A stretch of 64,000 nt of DNA from Octopus sinensis (lineage: Eukaryota). The stretch covers positions 45,012,001 to 45,076,000 of the forward strand of contig NC_043003.1 of the NCBI RefSeq assembly GCF_006345805.1. Direction: 5' to 3'. Of the stretch, positions 24,625 through 38,913 are shown piece by piece; the first letter of the stretch is position 1, and each line of letters opens with the position of its first letter. Made by a program: the position numbers and the translations under genes. The notes under the pieces are model-generated. The model was given only the letters and a program-made list of their open reading frames with translations. It did not search any database and had not been told where the DNA came from.

Positions 24625-25803
24625 GTATCATAACCGTGTTCACTTTTTTATTCTATTTTAACGTTTCTGGTATGCTTTAGCTAGAAAAACAAAACATCCC
24701 TCAATATATCGTTTCATTTTGAAGAGTCAGCGTTGTGATTTGTGGAAAAATTGTTTGTAATTTCCATCAAGCCCCGTAGCAGGGTTGTAATTGGAAACGA
24801 GTAATTAGCATGGGATGTGAAGATTTCAGATAATTTATGTGAAACATCGTAAATTTAACAGTTACTTAAAATCCCACTGCGTTTGAGTCGTCTTTCTGTA
24901 GTAGTAGGGCATTATGATTGACTTCCTCACACACCAATTATGTGGTAGAAACCTTCAGCTTATGTAAGAACTCGGTATGAGTCTTATTACTGAAGTAAAA
25001 GTAAAGGAGACAGAAACATTATTTCGGTTTAATGTATATATCAGCGTCAATATAGAAGATAACAATTGTCTGTCAACGTAGAAGCTAGTTAAGATAAATT
25101 AATACGGTATTTAGTTAGCTGCGATCAATGGTATCAATTTAAAGATCTTACATTTATAAGTTTAATAACCTTCATTCCTATATTAATCATTATCCTAAAT
25201 AATAACAGATTACATGTAATACCTGTTCTCATTCAATTAACTCAATAACTAGATTATGGGCATGAATAGATTTTAGGGTTTGATCCAGCTCTTCAAATAC
25301 GAGAGAATTACATAATATACGAGTCACAAGCACATGAATAATTGTCTGTATCACTTATCAGTTTATCAATATTATGAATCTCTGTAGGAAATTAACTCTA
25401 CTAATTGAATATCAGATACATTTTCCTCCACGTATCTATATAATCAGAGTAAGTTCTCGGGCCTATAAAATAAGTGGGTAACTTTTGTATTTATTTCTAA
25501 GTAACTTAAAGATCTAGCCACTCGTTTATACAGAACTTACATTAAGGATTCTTATATACAGGTCTAAATTCTTCTCTGTATGAATGGCTCCTTATACTTA
25601 AAAATCTACTTCATTTGTGCTTTCAGTATATGTCTACGTGCCTGTCTGTGTGTGAGTGCGCGTGTGCATATGCGTGTGTTTGTGCATGTGTATTTTTATG
25701 TATAGGCGTACGTGCGGTAATATATATTGTTATATACGTATTAAAACATGACTGTGTGCATATTTCATCTTTATCTTTTATCTATCTATCTAGCTAGCTA
25801 GCT

Positions 25804-25974
<171 letters not shown>

Positions 25975-26099
25975 TACGTAAACTTGATTACTCAATAAAT
26001 GAATTATTGTGCCGTGTAGCGGAAGTTACTCTGTTGCATGCCAGAGTACAACTTCGCTGGTTCTATTTCCCACAAAAGTTTCAGAGCAAAAAAGATATT

Positions 26100-26900
26100 T
26101 CAGATCATTACCATTAAACGAAATTGTAAATATAAAAACGATATTCTACTGATACCCTGGACTCTTGCATAATAAATTCGTCAAATCATATCCTTTATAT
26201 ATCTAGTCCATATCGCATTTCTTCTACTATAAGTAACTCAGATTCTGTTGGGCTACATAATATAGATTAAATAGAGTATATAAGGCCTGGAAGGATACAC
26301 CAATCTCTACCAAAATAGTCGGATTGCATCAACGAAGCAAAACTATCATCTGTTATGCAAAAGGCTAAGATATCCTTCGTCTCAAAAGGCAAGAGCACCC
26401 GGATTTGCATTTTGCAAAATATGCCTATTCGTTCTCTCAATAATGATGTGATTTGTCCAAATTATATGCGCTGGTTAATCATCTATATTTTCAGGAAATT
26501 TGCTTCAAGTGCAAACTCCACTCACAAAATCTCCCGAAATTGTTTCTCTACATTCCACGAGTACCTCTATTTCGTACAACGTCAGGTTAAGGTCAAAATC
26601 CTCTTCAGTCACTTGCAAACAAAAATGTTCCTTTTTCTAACACTGTTGGTTTAATAGCATGAAAACTTTGCACTTCTGACGTAATCCCTATTCTTATAAT
26701 ATTCTTCACGTTTCTTGCTATAGAGGGAATCCTTTCTATGAGAAAAATATCTGGTTTACCCCTGAAGACATGTACTTCTTTGACACACATATATACATCA
26801 TTTCACAGAAATTTTGAAAAAAGGGTCATTGTACTTTATGTCAGCAAATTACTAGAAAGTGAGTGTCACGTATATTTTGCTAAATTAGTATCTTCACTAA
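26100..26900 (-). mobile_element. Decayed PLE ORF remnant (linker / GIY-YIG region)
   Basis: Weak matches to the G..FL.LID.HF and IY.A.V motifs across frameshifts. Confidence 0.35.
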
Positions 26901-28749
26901 TTTTTTTCTTCTTTGACTCAGAAACTGGTAATCAACTCATACTTCCAACTTCGATTGGGTCCCCGAAGACTTATATTTCATAAATGGTGTGTGATTACAT
27001 TTTGATTATGTCTTCCTAATGTTCACTTGCAAGGAGTCGTAGAAATACTTTGTTTTGTAAGCCTTGCGAAACAAAAATAATACTTAAATTTTGATGAAAA
27101 ATGTTTTAGTAAATCTAATAATTTAACAAATAATATTTTCCTACATTGTTTAAATCCAATTTAATTTCCGCCCAGTAAATTATTTATAAACATCCTTATT
27201 GAGACTTTCTCGTGTGAGGGTTAACAAACTGGTCACTCTGATTAATTCTCATCGATCAATTTTGTTTTCAGTTTTCTCCGTGGCATTTATTTTAATTTTA
27301 TGCATATTTGTGCTTTCCCGAGGGATAATCGAGTCATCTAATCAACGCGCAACATTTTTTAATGTTCTCGTCGGTACAGCTAATAACTTTACGAATATTG
27401 TAAAGAATCAATATTCTTAAAATTACTTGATACACCGACGGGAAAAAAATTACAAATATTACTTTGATCAATTAAATTTATAAACGATAAAACACTATAA
27501 ATAGTATGCTACCCTCACTCAGAAAAGTAACACTATTCCCCCTAAGTAAGGAAAAGTATCAGTACTCGTATATATGAATATTGTTGCATTTCTATGTGAA
27601 GTATGAGAGCTATGCTTCAGAGTTGCAATAAACGAGGACATGAAAACCCACAGAAAGCATCAACGTTGATAAATTTGGTAATTATACCAACGGAAAAAAT
27701 AGAAAGCTGTAATTTCATGAGCGAAAATTGACTTTCTTGAGTCATACTTAATTTTAATAGTGCTTCTCGGTATTTATAATTTGTTTGTTGGCACCACTAA
27801 CAATGTTGAAATTTATGCAGATATTACATCTCATCAAACCTACACAGTTTAAATCTACACGTAACGTAGATACTTTATATAAGTTACTCTAAGAGCATAC
27901 TCAAATTGGATCACTGGAAATCCATTTCCTTTAATGTCAATCACAGTCAATTAGCTATAATTGAGCACTCAAAGAATACATTATTTCATTTCAGCTATTT
28001 ATCTATTTATATATTCTCTTTCTTCTCTTTCGACAAAGATCTTGCTACAAAGATGTAACTTAATAATTTCAGAGAATTGTCAAAGCGATTTCAAATTCAT
28101 AATACGTAAATCATTTTACCAAAAGTACTTTATCTTCAGACAGCTCCCGATCCTCTACACATGTGAAGTTTGACCCATAATACGATGGTATGCTCGCTTT
28201 TGAAGTAGAACTTTGGTTAGACACACGGCAGAAATGATACACAAAAGAGGCCTATCTGATTTGTCCCGTTCTTATGACAGAACGTTATCTGTCTGGAATT
28301 CCCCTCACATCCAGGCTTTCCTGGAGTAGTAGCTTTATAGATTTTTTCACTATATGTCATCGTTTTAATTTTCATTACTTTTCTAGGGTCTGTGAATGCC
28401 AGGGGTGTCGAATAAACCTTTTAAAATTTTAACTTTATCTTTTAAAAATCGAAACAATATTCATGTTCATAAAGATATTTTTGAAAAGAAAGAAAAAAGC
28501 CGAAGCAGGTTGTGGTATCATCACTTGGAATATATATATTACGTATAACCATGTACTGAGAGAAAATTAAATGGAAAATCTATATTAAAAATGTGCTTCA
28601 TTATTGTAAGGAATAACTGAATCGCAAACTTTAATTACACCATCGGTTATAGTAAAACTGTTTATTTCTTTAAATGAAAAAGATATGAACATCTAATGTT
28701 TAAACCCTTGATTTTGGATGAAAACAAAATCTACTCAACTTTGCATGCA

Positions 28750-30030
28750 ATCATATTGTTTAGGAAGGTTTTAAATCAAACGTTTTCGGACATAATCTGC
28801 AGACCATACGGATTTAGTATATGTTTATTTCTTAGTTTTATGCAATTGATAAAAAAAAACTCGTAATTATTGAGCTTCCATCTCAGAAGGTATTTTAACT
28901 AAGCAGAAAACTCTGTTTCCAGCAATTCTAACAAATTTACTAATTCACTGCATTTTGAAAACGAAATAGTGAACATAAAAAAACACTTTAAATGAAAGAT
29001 CCTTCGTATTATATTTCAAAATGTTAATTTTAAAATAGGATAATTTTATGTTAGGGCGGTAGACGCCAGGTTTGATTATATACTAAATTATGTCGTTAAT
29101 AGAACGCCATCTATAACTAACTCTGTTCTGGATTAGCATGTCTATAGTTTTAGGAAGCGAAGTGTACAGTAATTTTCTATAACAAGCACATTCTTTTTCT
29201 GCCAATTAAAAATACATTTTTCATGTTTCTCTGAATATCGTTCACTTCATCTATTTTTCAACAGTACACCCTATAAACGTATTCACACAAGCACACAGAT
29301 ACATACTTATATCTGTGTAGATTTATCACGTATGGTTCAAACCCATTGTTTTAAATACGCAATTATGCCCAAATTTTATCTTTTATATTAACAATGAATT
29401 ATATTTCATACTGTGGAGACGCAAATGCTTAGTGGTTAGGTAAGTGCACTTGCATACGTAGGATCATTCCACGAGGCTTTGGTAGGGGTTGGTGGTGAAC
29501 CCTACTGTACTCTTTCACCATAACTTTCTCTTCCTCTTTCTCCTGCTTTTGTTGTACCTGTATTTCAAAGGGCCAGCCTTGTCACGCTGAATCTCTCCGA
29601 GAACTACGTTAAAGGTATATGTGTCTGTGGAGTTTTATCCACTTGCACGTTAATTTCACGAGCAAGCTTTTCCATTGATTGGATCAACTGGAACCCTAGA
29701 ACCCTCGTCAGCGTAACCGACAGAGTGACGTAGTAATATTTTATATTATTCAGTTGGGAACGTTAGCTTTTCTAAGTCTATTAGTCAACTAACTTTCAAT
29801 GTTTTCTCAGCTTCATTTCAGAATGATACGATGGTTGAGGTTATGGCATATTCTCGGACACTTTAGATTAGTTTCAAGAAACATTTGTTGATATTTTTTC
29901 GTCATTGAGACCCATTGCTAGTTGATTAGTTTTCTCCGAAATTTCGACGTAAAGCATACGTTCATTTTTCCAGACATGCCGTAGCACTTCTGGACAGAAA
30001 ATAACTTGGAAATAAAGGTATCGTTTGGTA
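28750..30030 (-). mobile_element. Decayed PLE ORF remnant interrupted by a SINE
   Basis: QLAMGL (RT AMG motif) near 29915 and NLVYNQ (resembling N.VY.I) near 29075. Very degenerate. Confidence 0.3.
29415..29730 (+). mobile_element. tRNA-headed SINE family C
   Basis: gcttagtggttagg head; the body gagaactacgttaaagg...gtctgtggag matches 12300-12430. Confidence 0.7.
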
Positions 30031-30199
30031 CTAAAAATTAATGAGCTCAGGTAAATCCATTGTTAGCACGTAAAGTACATCAGCAACTGAAGTAGATCAT
30101 TAGATGCAGTACCGAATTACTAAAACGCAAGTAACAACGATTAAAATTAGACCAACAATAAACACATTCAGGACGTAAAAATGATGGTGGTTCAGACGC

Positions 30200-31250
30200 A
30201 TTCAACACAAATTAAATAAGAAGTATGAGAATGCAAAACGTTACACAGCTGTCAGCAAACGATGAACAAAAGAAAATGAGTTAGAAGAAAGCAAAAAGGT
30301 ATGTAAGTAAAAACGGTGCTTGAGAATATCATAATATTATAGATTTCAAAGTCTGGAATATCTGCATGTGAAACTGGAAACTATAGAAAAATTCGTATGG
30401 ATCCATGAATATAATTCCGAAGAAAAATATCTCACTAATAAAATTTCAATTACAAAAAAAGACACATTTAATGATCACAGACTTACACAAAAATCATTAT
30501 CACAAATCATAACGCTATAGTATATGCCAAATCAACTGTAATTACAACAGAAATTTGTGGTCCAACAGATCTCCCCAAATAAGAATAGCACATTCCAAAT
30601 AAAACATGCAGGACATATACAAAAAATATAAAATTAAAGAATTGATCTTTGAATTCTTAATAAAATTATCAACAAAACGACACGATCAATACAAGAATAG
30701 CGTAAAAAAATAATACTTATTAGAAACTAAATAGAATTTGAACAAAAGGTTCTGACTAAATCCTACAACAAACATAGTTTAAACAAAGCGAACATCAGAA
30801 CTCGAATAAAATAGTAACACATACAAAATTGTCAAAGGGAAGAAAAATATAATTTCAGTGAAAGAATTCCACAAGAATTGCTCATAACCGCAACTTCAGT
30901 ATTTAAATAATCGTAGGAAACACCAGGAAGAGATCCTGTGCATATACAACTAAATCAAATAACAAAAATGCCCCCAAATAACATAAGGTGCATGTAGAAA
31001 ATTTTAGATATTGATGGAACGAAACACCTTGAATAAAAATACTCCAATGGTGTAGTAGAGTTGCTACGAAAGATCATATGGCAACTGAGTTTAAATAGTA
31101 ATCAGAAAAACCAAAACCAAGGATGTGAGGAGAAAGAATGATCCTTTGAATATCAAAAGGTATTTAACAGTGTCCTCCACATATGGATTGTGGAAACACA
31201 ATGTACGGATGACTTAGAATCATTAATATGACACATATAACATAACTTAG
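30200..31250 (+). mobile_element. Possible very old R4/Dong-type RT remnant
   Basis: Only faint motif traces in the expected order; no ORF. Confidence 0.25.
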
Positions 31251-31849
31251 GTACATAGCATATATTTTCCAGATACAAGTAAGAGAAAAATTTATATAAA
31301 TCAAACCCATCCAGTTAGTTCAAGAATAGTGTAACGAAAGTTCTTTTCTCCATTTCTCCCTACCCAATCATTGTATTTCGTGGCGCATATATCTATACCT
31401 GATATTTTAGAATGGATCTGTCTCAAGTAAATGCTATTGTAATACAATTAGACATTTTTATTTTATAAATTGGATCACTCCTAATCATTATAACACTCCC
31501 AGCATATGATCAGGTATCTTTCGAAGTATAAAGAAATTTTCGCACGTTAAAGAACTGGAAATAGAGATAACTTATTTGTCGGGCCCTAAAACGAGAAGAA
31601 AATACGCTCAAAAAAATGTGAGAAATATTCCATGAGCTCAAAATATGAAAAGCCTACACAAAGTGTTCCTAGTCACGTATATAATATAGAATAATATGAA
31701 AATAAAAACAAAATACTGCGAAGACATAAACGCGAAATTAATCTATAGATCAATATGCGTATTATGCGAAGGTTAATAACTTTAAATCTATTATCCACAC
31801 CCAGTTCTCTTTTTATTATCGTTATCACTCTCCTATATACTTTTCACGG

Positions 31850-32750
31850 ACTTTTCGTTTTCATGATTGAGTGCTGCACGACTTATTCCTTCACCATCTA
31901 GAAAGTTTACCTGTCATTTTCATTTAGCACCTTGATGTTAGTCCAGTTCTAGATTTGCAATCCAAAGGAGGGTCTTCGATTTTCTAGCTTCAAGATTTTC
32001 CATTGCTATATTTGCATTTCTTGTTCTGATATTTCAGTGCTTCCTGTTGGATGTTATACATGAATTCAGTCTTTCCATTAAGGCCTTTTGGTCTCAATGT
32101 TTGTCCGAAACTGTTCTGAGTGCTCGATAGTAGGTGTTTGTCAACGATTATTTTCGTTCTTCCTATCTCTCGATAGAATTCTTTACATCCGTTCCGAACA
32201 TCTCGTTTTCACAAAAATACTGCTTCTTTTCTCGTACCTTCTTAACAGGTTGGTTTTTAATTTTTATTCCTTTTGTCTTTTGACGTATAAGACTTTTACT
32301 TTCCTTAGTGCATATTTTCCTTCTTTAACTGTTGTGTTTATACCGACTTTCTCCAAGATCAATATTTCCTTACATATAGAATCAATATATTTCTCCATCC
32401 TTTTCTTCCGTCGACGTCTGTTGAGCTGTGCTGTTCTGTTGTTTCTTCATTTGTCTAACAGGCATTTAGACGAAGGAAGAGTAACCAAGGCATTGACTAA
32501 CTCGAGTTGAGAAGGTGTTTGGAATACAACGTTACACACTATCATCAGTAATGCTTTATTGCTAATCTTCTTAGTGATACTGTTGTTGCCATCTCTGTAC
32601 TAATTTGATAGTTTCCATTGTAGTTTATTTCTCTATAGTCAGCATTTGTTTTTTATAATTTTATTATTTTCTCGTTGGTTGGCAGTCATTTCTGTCATGC
32701 TTCATGTTTGTTTTGATTTCTGATACAATTCCTCACATTTATAAACTCTT
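31850..32750 (-). mobile_element. Old R4/Dong-type LINE remnant (pre-RT region)
   Basis: RRYEK...KEFYREIGRTKIIVDK aligns with RRYEKRQ...KKFYQELGKNKIEV in ORF 53266-54273. Confidence 0.65.
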
Positions 32751-34031
32751 CCTCTAGTTACTGCTATGGAACTTTGAATAGTCACCTCAGGTTCTGTAAT
32801 TTCACTTGTTTTTTTAATCCTTTACATTTATACGTCTTCTTCAAAAAGTTGCATTGCTTCGCTTAGCTCTATTTTGTATGTTTTCCCTTTGTCACTATAT
32901 ATCTTAGATTTGCGAGTTTATTAAATTTAGGTATTTAGAGCTACTTCTCATTTCAATTTCCCCAAATGTTAAAGGATTTCTTTGTGTTTTGTATTGAAAG
33001 CATGCATCAAATATTGTAATCCTTATGTTATTATTTTCATTCAGTTTTTGTGAAGTTTTACTAGGTTGCAGTTTGGTTGGTGTTGTTGATGGAAGAGGTG
33101 GAGGTGGTGTTGATTCAAAATTCCGGGGCTACGCTTTATGTTATACTTGTAACCATCTAGATTAATTGTAGAAGAGAATTTTCCACTGTCATAATTTTTA
33201 GCTCCTATATCGCATCCTCTCTGGGGAGTGCACTATTTTTTCATTGCATATCATTTAAAGAAATATGTTTCTTTTCTTCTTTGCATTTCATTAAAGGTTT
33301 TGCATTCTTTTTTTTTCTACCAAAATCTTCCTTTGTTCATTTTTTAAAAAACTTTTTCCGGGAATATGAATATTAGAACATAGACGTCACGTGTAGTGGC
33401 GGGGGATAGGGACATATGCTGGAAGATTAGTGTAAGTATAACTACATCATGTTCTGGAGAAGTGGGAGCAAGGATAGGATTGTCATGTTCTAGAGAAGTG
33501 AAAGCAAGGACGTTGACTTTCATCCTCTCATAATCAATAAAAATTAGAGCCAGCTGATCACTGGTGTCGCTGGTATCGACTAGGTCCCTTTTCCATCAAA
33601 AGTTCAGTTTTGTAGTAGAAGAATTAATAATGATTATTAATAATATTATCATCGGGGTGGGCGGGAGTATTGAGATTTAGTTCAACAAAATGTTCTTCGG
33701 GTTTGACCTACCTCGTTCAAAAGTCAAAAAGTTCAAGTCTTTCTTCATCATTTCGGTATAAATATAATGAAATACCAGTAAAGAAATAGGACGATATTCA
33801 GGTAATTTCCGACATTGTCTTGTATGATATATTTCATTTTTTTATTACCTTGTTCTTTTGTCTGAGTGCAATGGGTACATTTTAGTGTAAGAGAAATCTT
33901 TTTTTATATTTTTGCTGCATTACTTTCGGATGATTTAGCAAACAGACTACTTTAAAATAACCGAGCGTTCATCTCTCTTGCCATACCGTGGAAAAAAGTA
34001 GTTTGGAATATATTTTATATTCTACAGCCAA

Positions 34032-34620
34032 AGTGGCGAGCTGGCGGAAACGTTAGCACGCCGGGCGAAATGTTTAGCGGTATTTCGTCTGCCGCTACAT
34101 TCTGAGTTCAAATTCCACCGAGGTCGACTTTGCCTTTCATCCTTTCGGGGTCGATTAAATAAGTATCAGTTGCGCACTGGGGTCGATATAATCGACTTAA
34201 TCCGTTTTTTCTGTCCTTGTGTATCCTCTCTGTGTTTAGCCCCTTGTGGGTAGTAAAGAAATAGGTATTTCGTCTGCCGTTACGTTCTGGGTTCAAATTC
34301 CACCGAGGTCGACTTTGCCTTTCATACTTTCGGGGTCGATAAATTAAGTACCAGTTACACACTGAGATCGATATAATCAGCTTAATTCCTTTGTCTGTCT
34401 GTGTTTGTCCCCTCTATGTTTAGCCCCTTGTGGGCAATAAAGAAATTAAAGAAATTAGAATCGTTAGCGCGATAGATGAAATGCTTAGTGGTATTCCGTC
34501 CGTCGCTACGTTCTGAATTCAAATTCTCTCGAAGTACGACTACGAGTTACGCACTTGGGTCGATGTAATCGACCTAATCCCTTTCCCCCAAATTCGAGTC
34601 CTTATGCTTCCAGTAGAAAT
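34032..34620 (+). mobile_element. Head-to-tail multimer of SINE family B
   Basis: After ...aaagaaata (about 34263) the body restarts at ggtatttcgtctgccg. A third, diverged copy begins at about 34455. Confidence 0.85.
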
Positions 34621-35136
34621 GATTTTATATTCTAGAGTAATTATACATTGTTTAATAGTGATTCCAGATGGCCAATTCTATGAGCAGATGACTTGCCCTT
34701 ATTTGCATTACTGGTATGTTTTATACTTGCACGTGTGTGTGTGGCATACTGTTCTGCGTATCTGTGTGTGGAGGATTGTGTATGTGTATGTATTGTAAAT
34801 GTACTTTACATTCAATTGCACTTGTTCTTTTTTTTTTCTTTTAATATACCTCTAAATATGTCGAATTATGCTTCCGTCCCACCCGCCAATTTCATGTACA
34901 TGTACGTGACCCACTCACTTGCCAAGGAACGCAGCTTCTATATATCTCAATCTAGCTACACATTTCTCTTGTCGTTCTTTCCCTCTCCTTCTCCCTCGCT
35001 CTATCTCTCTCTCTCTCTCTCCCTCTCTCGATATATATGTATATACATATAAATATATTTGTAAGTAGATAGATACACGTATGTACTCATATATACATAC
35101 ATACATACACACATACAAACATACATACATACATAC

Positions 35137-35202
<66 letters not shown>

Positions 35203-36182
35203 GTATGGGTTCTATTATTATTGTCAGTAGGTTGAGGGGGAAGAGATTATGGTGGAGCGGAATGGAAGTAATAGTGTTTGTGGTAGTAGTAGAAGTTGTA
35301 TTATAAGATTTTATGCAATATATATGTGCATTTGTTAGTGTGTTCTGTGTGCACGCATGCGTGTGCATGTATTTATATGTATGCTTGTGAGATAGAGAGA
35401 GAGAGAAAGTGTGTGTTTCCATTAATGTGTGTATGCGTGGACATGAATGTGTGATGTATATTACTGTCGTAAGAACATGTGTGGCAATGATGCTAGAAAC
35501 AAATAAATTCATGTTCGTAGAGATGAAGGCGTTTTTCTTTTTTTCTTGTTTGTTCTTTTTCATATTTCTTTCCTCATATTTATCATCAGATGGCCTGCAT
35601 AAATTTGCAAGGAAATATGCTTTGAAGTGCATTTTCTAAGAAACTAAATAAACCATCATCTCCCCCGTACCAATTCTTCGCTACTCTTACACTCCTTCTT
35701 CCATTTCTCAAGATCTTTGCAAAATTGTATACGCAGTTTTACCCTCCCCTTACATTTCTTCTTTCTCACATCTTTTTTTTTTTTTTTCTATCCTTCCGCT
35801 CATATTTTCTCTGTCGTTCACCTTTGTCACTTTCTCATTTCACTATTTTTCTGGGTTTTTTCTTTCCCCTACTTAACTATAAAACGAACACAACTAGCAA
35901 CACTAAAATTGTTTACATTCTTTCGGTTTTTCTTTATCGCTGCTTCTTCTCCAATTTAAAGTTTTTATTGTTGCCTTTTTTTTTATTATTATCGTTACTA
36001 TTATTATTTATATTTTTAAAGGAATTTCACATACTGTACACATATGTAAGCATAATGACGATATACATTGACACATTCTTACACTTATAGGTGCACTTCA
36101 ACTTGCAAATGCCAACACACAAACATCATTTCATCATAAAATCTTATTCATAGCAGGATGAGTATAAAACGCATAAATATAA

Positions 36183-36199
36183 ATCTATCTATCTATCTT

Positions 36200-36281
<82 letters not shown>

Positions 36282-36293
36282 AATCTATCTATC
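36183..36293 (+). repeat. (ATCT)n microsatellite
   Basis: Directly visible. Confidence 0.95.
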
Positions 36294-36517
36294 CATTTAC
36301 AGATATAGATAGATACTAAATACCGTATACATACATTCACGAATACAGAGATATGCATCTGTGCGTCTGTTTGTGAGTTTGTAAGTGTGAGTGTGTGTTT
36401 ATATGTGTGTGAGCATTTGCGTGTGTGTGCGCGCACGTGAGCGCGTTTGTGCACGCGTGTGTTTGCGCATTTATGTGAGGTATCGGTCCTGATCGCACCA
36501 CGTTATATTTTCTTCAG

Positions 36518-36605
36518 ATAACTCCCGTCCGCAGTGTCGACCTGGCCGAAAAAATTGTGACTGAAATTGGCGAAGTTCCAATTGCGAACCATTTCCAGAT
36601 ACACG
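36518..36605 (+). CDS. Candidate 88-nt internal exon, product unknown
   Basis: ttatattttcttcag| acceptor and ACG|GTATGT donor. The only open frame is ITPVRSVDLAEKIVTEIGEVPIANHFQIH. GC-richer, non-repetitive island. Confidence 0.3.
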
Positions 36606-36850
36606 GTATGTGGTCTTCCAAGAGCAAAGGTTTGAAACATAGTGTGATGCTGATTTCCCTTGGGAATTCCATCAGAGGAGCAAGTCTCAGCTTCTAAAAT
36701 AAATGTGGAAAAAGTTTATTCAAAAATAGCAGCTGAAATACTCGTCGCTAAAAACGACGTAGAACCGTCTGCTCCATTGCTTGATAGTAATTTTACTAAT
36801 AGATATATCTGTGTCGTTATGAATGTTTGCATCTTGTGTATGCTTGCGTG

Positions 36851-36909
<59 letters not shown>

Positions 36910-37305
36910 TTGTATATGTATATACATATATATAAACCTGTACCTCTACCCACACACGCTATATGATATGTCCTTAGTCTTATGAACAAGTGGACGTCAG
37001 TGTTGGATACATCGAAATCTATCCATCGCTGTAGTAAAATAATACTATATGATGTATGTGTGTGTGTGTCTGTGTGTACTAATGCTTAGGCATTAACGTG
37101 TGTAAACATGTTACTGCACATTATTCCTATGCATATACATGTATACGTCCATTCATAAATACTTCAAAACCAACTAAGACATTCTCGCACAAGCATAATC
37201 ATTCACCATGTAAAAACATTACGTTCAGTGTGCTTCCTGTCTGTGAGTGTGAATATATACATTAACATACACACAAATGTATTCTATTTATGCATATATA
37301 TATAC

Positions 37306-37356
<51 letters not shown>

Positions 37357-38522
37357 ATTTATATACATACATATATATATATATATTATATATATATATA
37401 CATATATATTATATATATACATATATATTATATATATATATATATATTATATATATATCATGAATATATATGTATTATATGTGTATATAATATATTTATG
37501 TATGCATATATATATATACGTAGTATGAATATATATATTATATGTGGATATTATATATATTATATTATATGATGTGTATATATATATATATATATACACA
37601 TATCATAAACACACACAGGCACATACGCATACAAACACACAAACATGTATGCTAACGTCCTTATACGCTAAGAATTGGATATACATGCTTATATAATCAC
37701 ATACCTTCATTCTCCCCACTCTCTACGCATGCTCTTGCTAGAGCTTATATTCACGCAGCCACACACGCCCTCGCATATTGGGTGTAAGTCTAAACATGTA
37801 CGCATTTGTGTGTGTATGCATGTGTGAGTAGAGACAAGCATGCAGCCATCTTCAACGTTCTTTCCTTTGATATACGACTTCTAAAATCTCTATAAATCAC
37901 TTTCTCTTTAGATTAAAAGTGTAGACCTCTCCAGATCTAACTTTCTTTCGCTTCCTCACTCATATGTTTCCCCTTCTTTCTCTCACTATCAACCACTCTC
38001 TTTCACTTTAACACCCCTACACTCACTTTGTCTTTCTGTCTAAAACGAAATCTTCTCCTCTGCCCCCACCCTTTTCCACGAGGCAGCTTGATAAAATAAA
38101 ACACTCATTACCCATAATCCACTGCGACTTTTATAATCTTTCGCCTTCATCCTCTTGTCTCCCCGCATCATTTTCTTTGCCATTTTCCCCCTTTACGTTG
38201 TTTTGTTGTCTTTCCAATTCCTATGTTAACGTTCATTCATTTTCTTTGACTTGATACTTATCTTCTGAAGACGGCAAAACTATCTCTTTTCACAAGCATC
38301 ATGCTCCAACAATCTCAAAGACCGTTCATAAGATATATATTTTTCATGAAGCGAATGTATCTTCTGACCTTCTTACATTACGTCACGTGAATCAAAATTT
38401 TGTGCAGCGTTCTGCAAAATAAACTGCTGATAACAATTGAAGTCGCAGCACTCATAAACAGACACACTCACACAACACACATGTATATATGTATATGTGT
38501 ATGTATGTATACATGTATGTAC

Positions 38523-38584
<62 letters not shown>

Positions 38585-38777
38585 ATATATGTTTTATGTA
38601 TATGTATATTTATATATGTATACGCATGTAGGTGTATATATGTGTATATGTATGTATATATATATTATATATATTTGCATGTATGTTTATATATACAAAA
38701 ACAAAGACACACACCGCTATCTACATGAATAGACACACGAACTTATTCCATCGTTGTCTTCATCGATGAGTACTTAC

Positions 38778-38913
38778 ATGTTCCATTGATTAAAACTTTG
38801 AATCTGCATGTGAAGTGGCCGCGTATTGTGCTCCAAACGGTTTCTGCCAAACCAGACTCACTATGAATTTTTGAGACAGCTTCTGATTGTGGTAAAAGAC
38901 TCATACTCATGAT
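38778..38913 (-). CDS. Candidate 136-nt exon, product unknown
   Basis: cagtag| acceptor and a strong CAT|GTAAGTA donor. Open frame IMSMSLLPQSEAVSKIHSESGLAETVWSTIRGHFTCRFKVLINGT. Confidence 0.3.

Noticed and set aside
35530-35640. Strong acceptor-like tracts here and at 48390-48418, followed by TGCA-AT-rich motifs
   Set aside because: No matching donor or sustained frame, and such motifs are expected by chance in AT-rich DNA.
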